A DNA stretch of 64,000 nucleotides. It comes from Negaprion brevirostris (Eukaryota). Under the pieces are notes generated by a model, which worked only from the letters and a program-made list of their open reading frames with translations, was not told the origin of the DNA and did not search any database. The stretch spans positions 19,486,929-19,550,928 of the forward strand of contig JARDVH010000164.1 of NCBI GenBank assembly GCA_030324005.1, written 5' to 3'. The translations under genes were made by a program, and so were the position numbers. Below are positions 63,893 through 64,000 of the stretch, one piece after another; the stretch's first letter is position 1; every line of letters starts with the position of its first letter.

Positions 63893-64000
63893 CAATAGCT
63901 CTGATGAAATGTCGTCATGATCCTGAAACGCTAACTGTTTCTGTCTCCACAGGTGCTGCCTGACCTGCCGAGTGTTTCCAGCATTCTTGTTTTTATTGCA
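63893..64000 (+). mobile_element. Penelope-associated repeat (family 2) with degenerate minimal hammerhead
   Basis: aatagct-CTGATGA(63901)-...-GAAAC(63925)-gcta-actgtt, then ctccacaggtgctgcctgacctgc.gagtgtttccagcatt. Confidence 0.6.

Overview
Vertebrate genomic DNA from a gapped draft assembly, almost certainly a shark, judged from about 26 HE1-type V-SINEs plus shark-type CR1, RTE, Rex1/Babar, DeuSINE, Penelope and Harbinger repeats. Two convergent spliced genes can be rebuilt by hand with consistent splice phases. (1) On +, the last six coding exons of CEP152: 903-1083, 4911-5010, 6614-6717, 10783-10939, 11209-11315 and 19320-20488, with AATAAA at 20731. (2) On -, a FAM81A-like coiled-coil gene: exons 52010-51666, 40808-40690, 36927-36798, 28808-28702, 27588-(gap), 26559-26364 and 25521-25382, with AATAAA at 25157-25152. 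The points most worth following up are: an in-frame TAG in the conserved first large FAM81 exon, followed by a possible rescuing ATG; a compact CCAAT/ETS-kB/ISRE cluster with a splice donor lying antisense inside a FAM81 intron; Penelope-type palindromes carrying hammerhead-ribozyme cores; two HE1 SINE subfamilies with different 3' tails; a Harbinger Myb/SANT relic with nested MITEs; and several N-gaps that look like false gaps between overlapping contigs. Gene and repeat names rest on remembered reference sequences, not on searches. Repeat boundaries are approximate.
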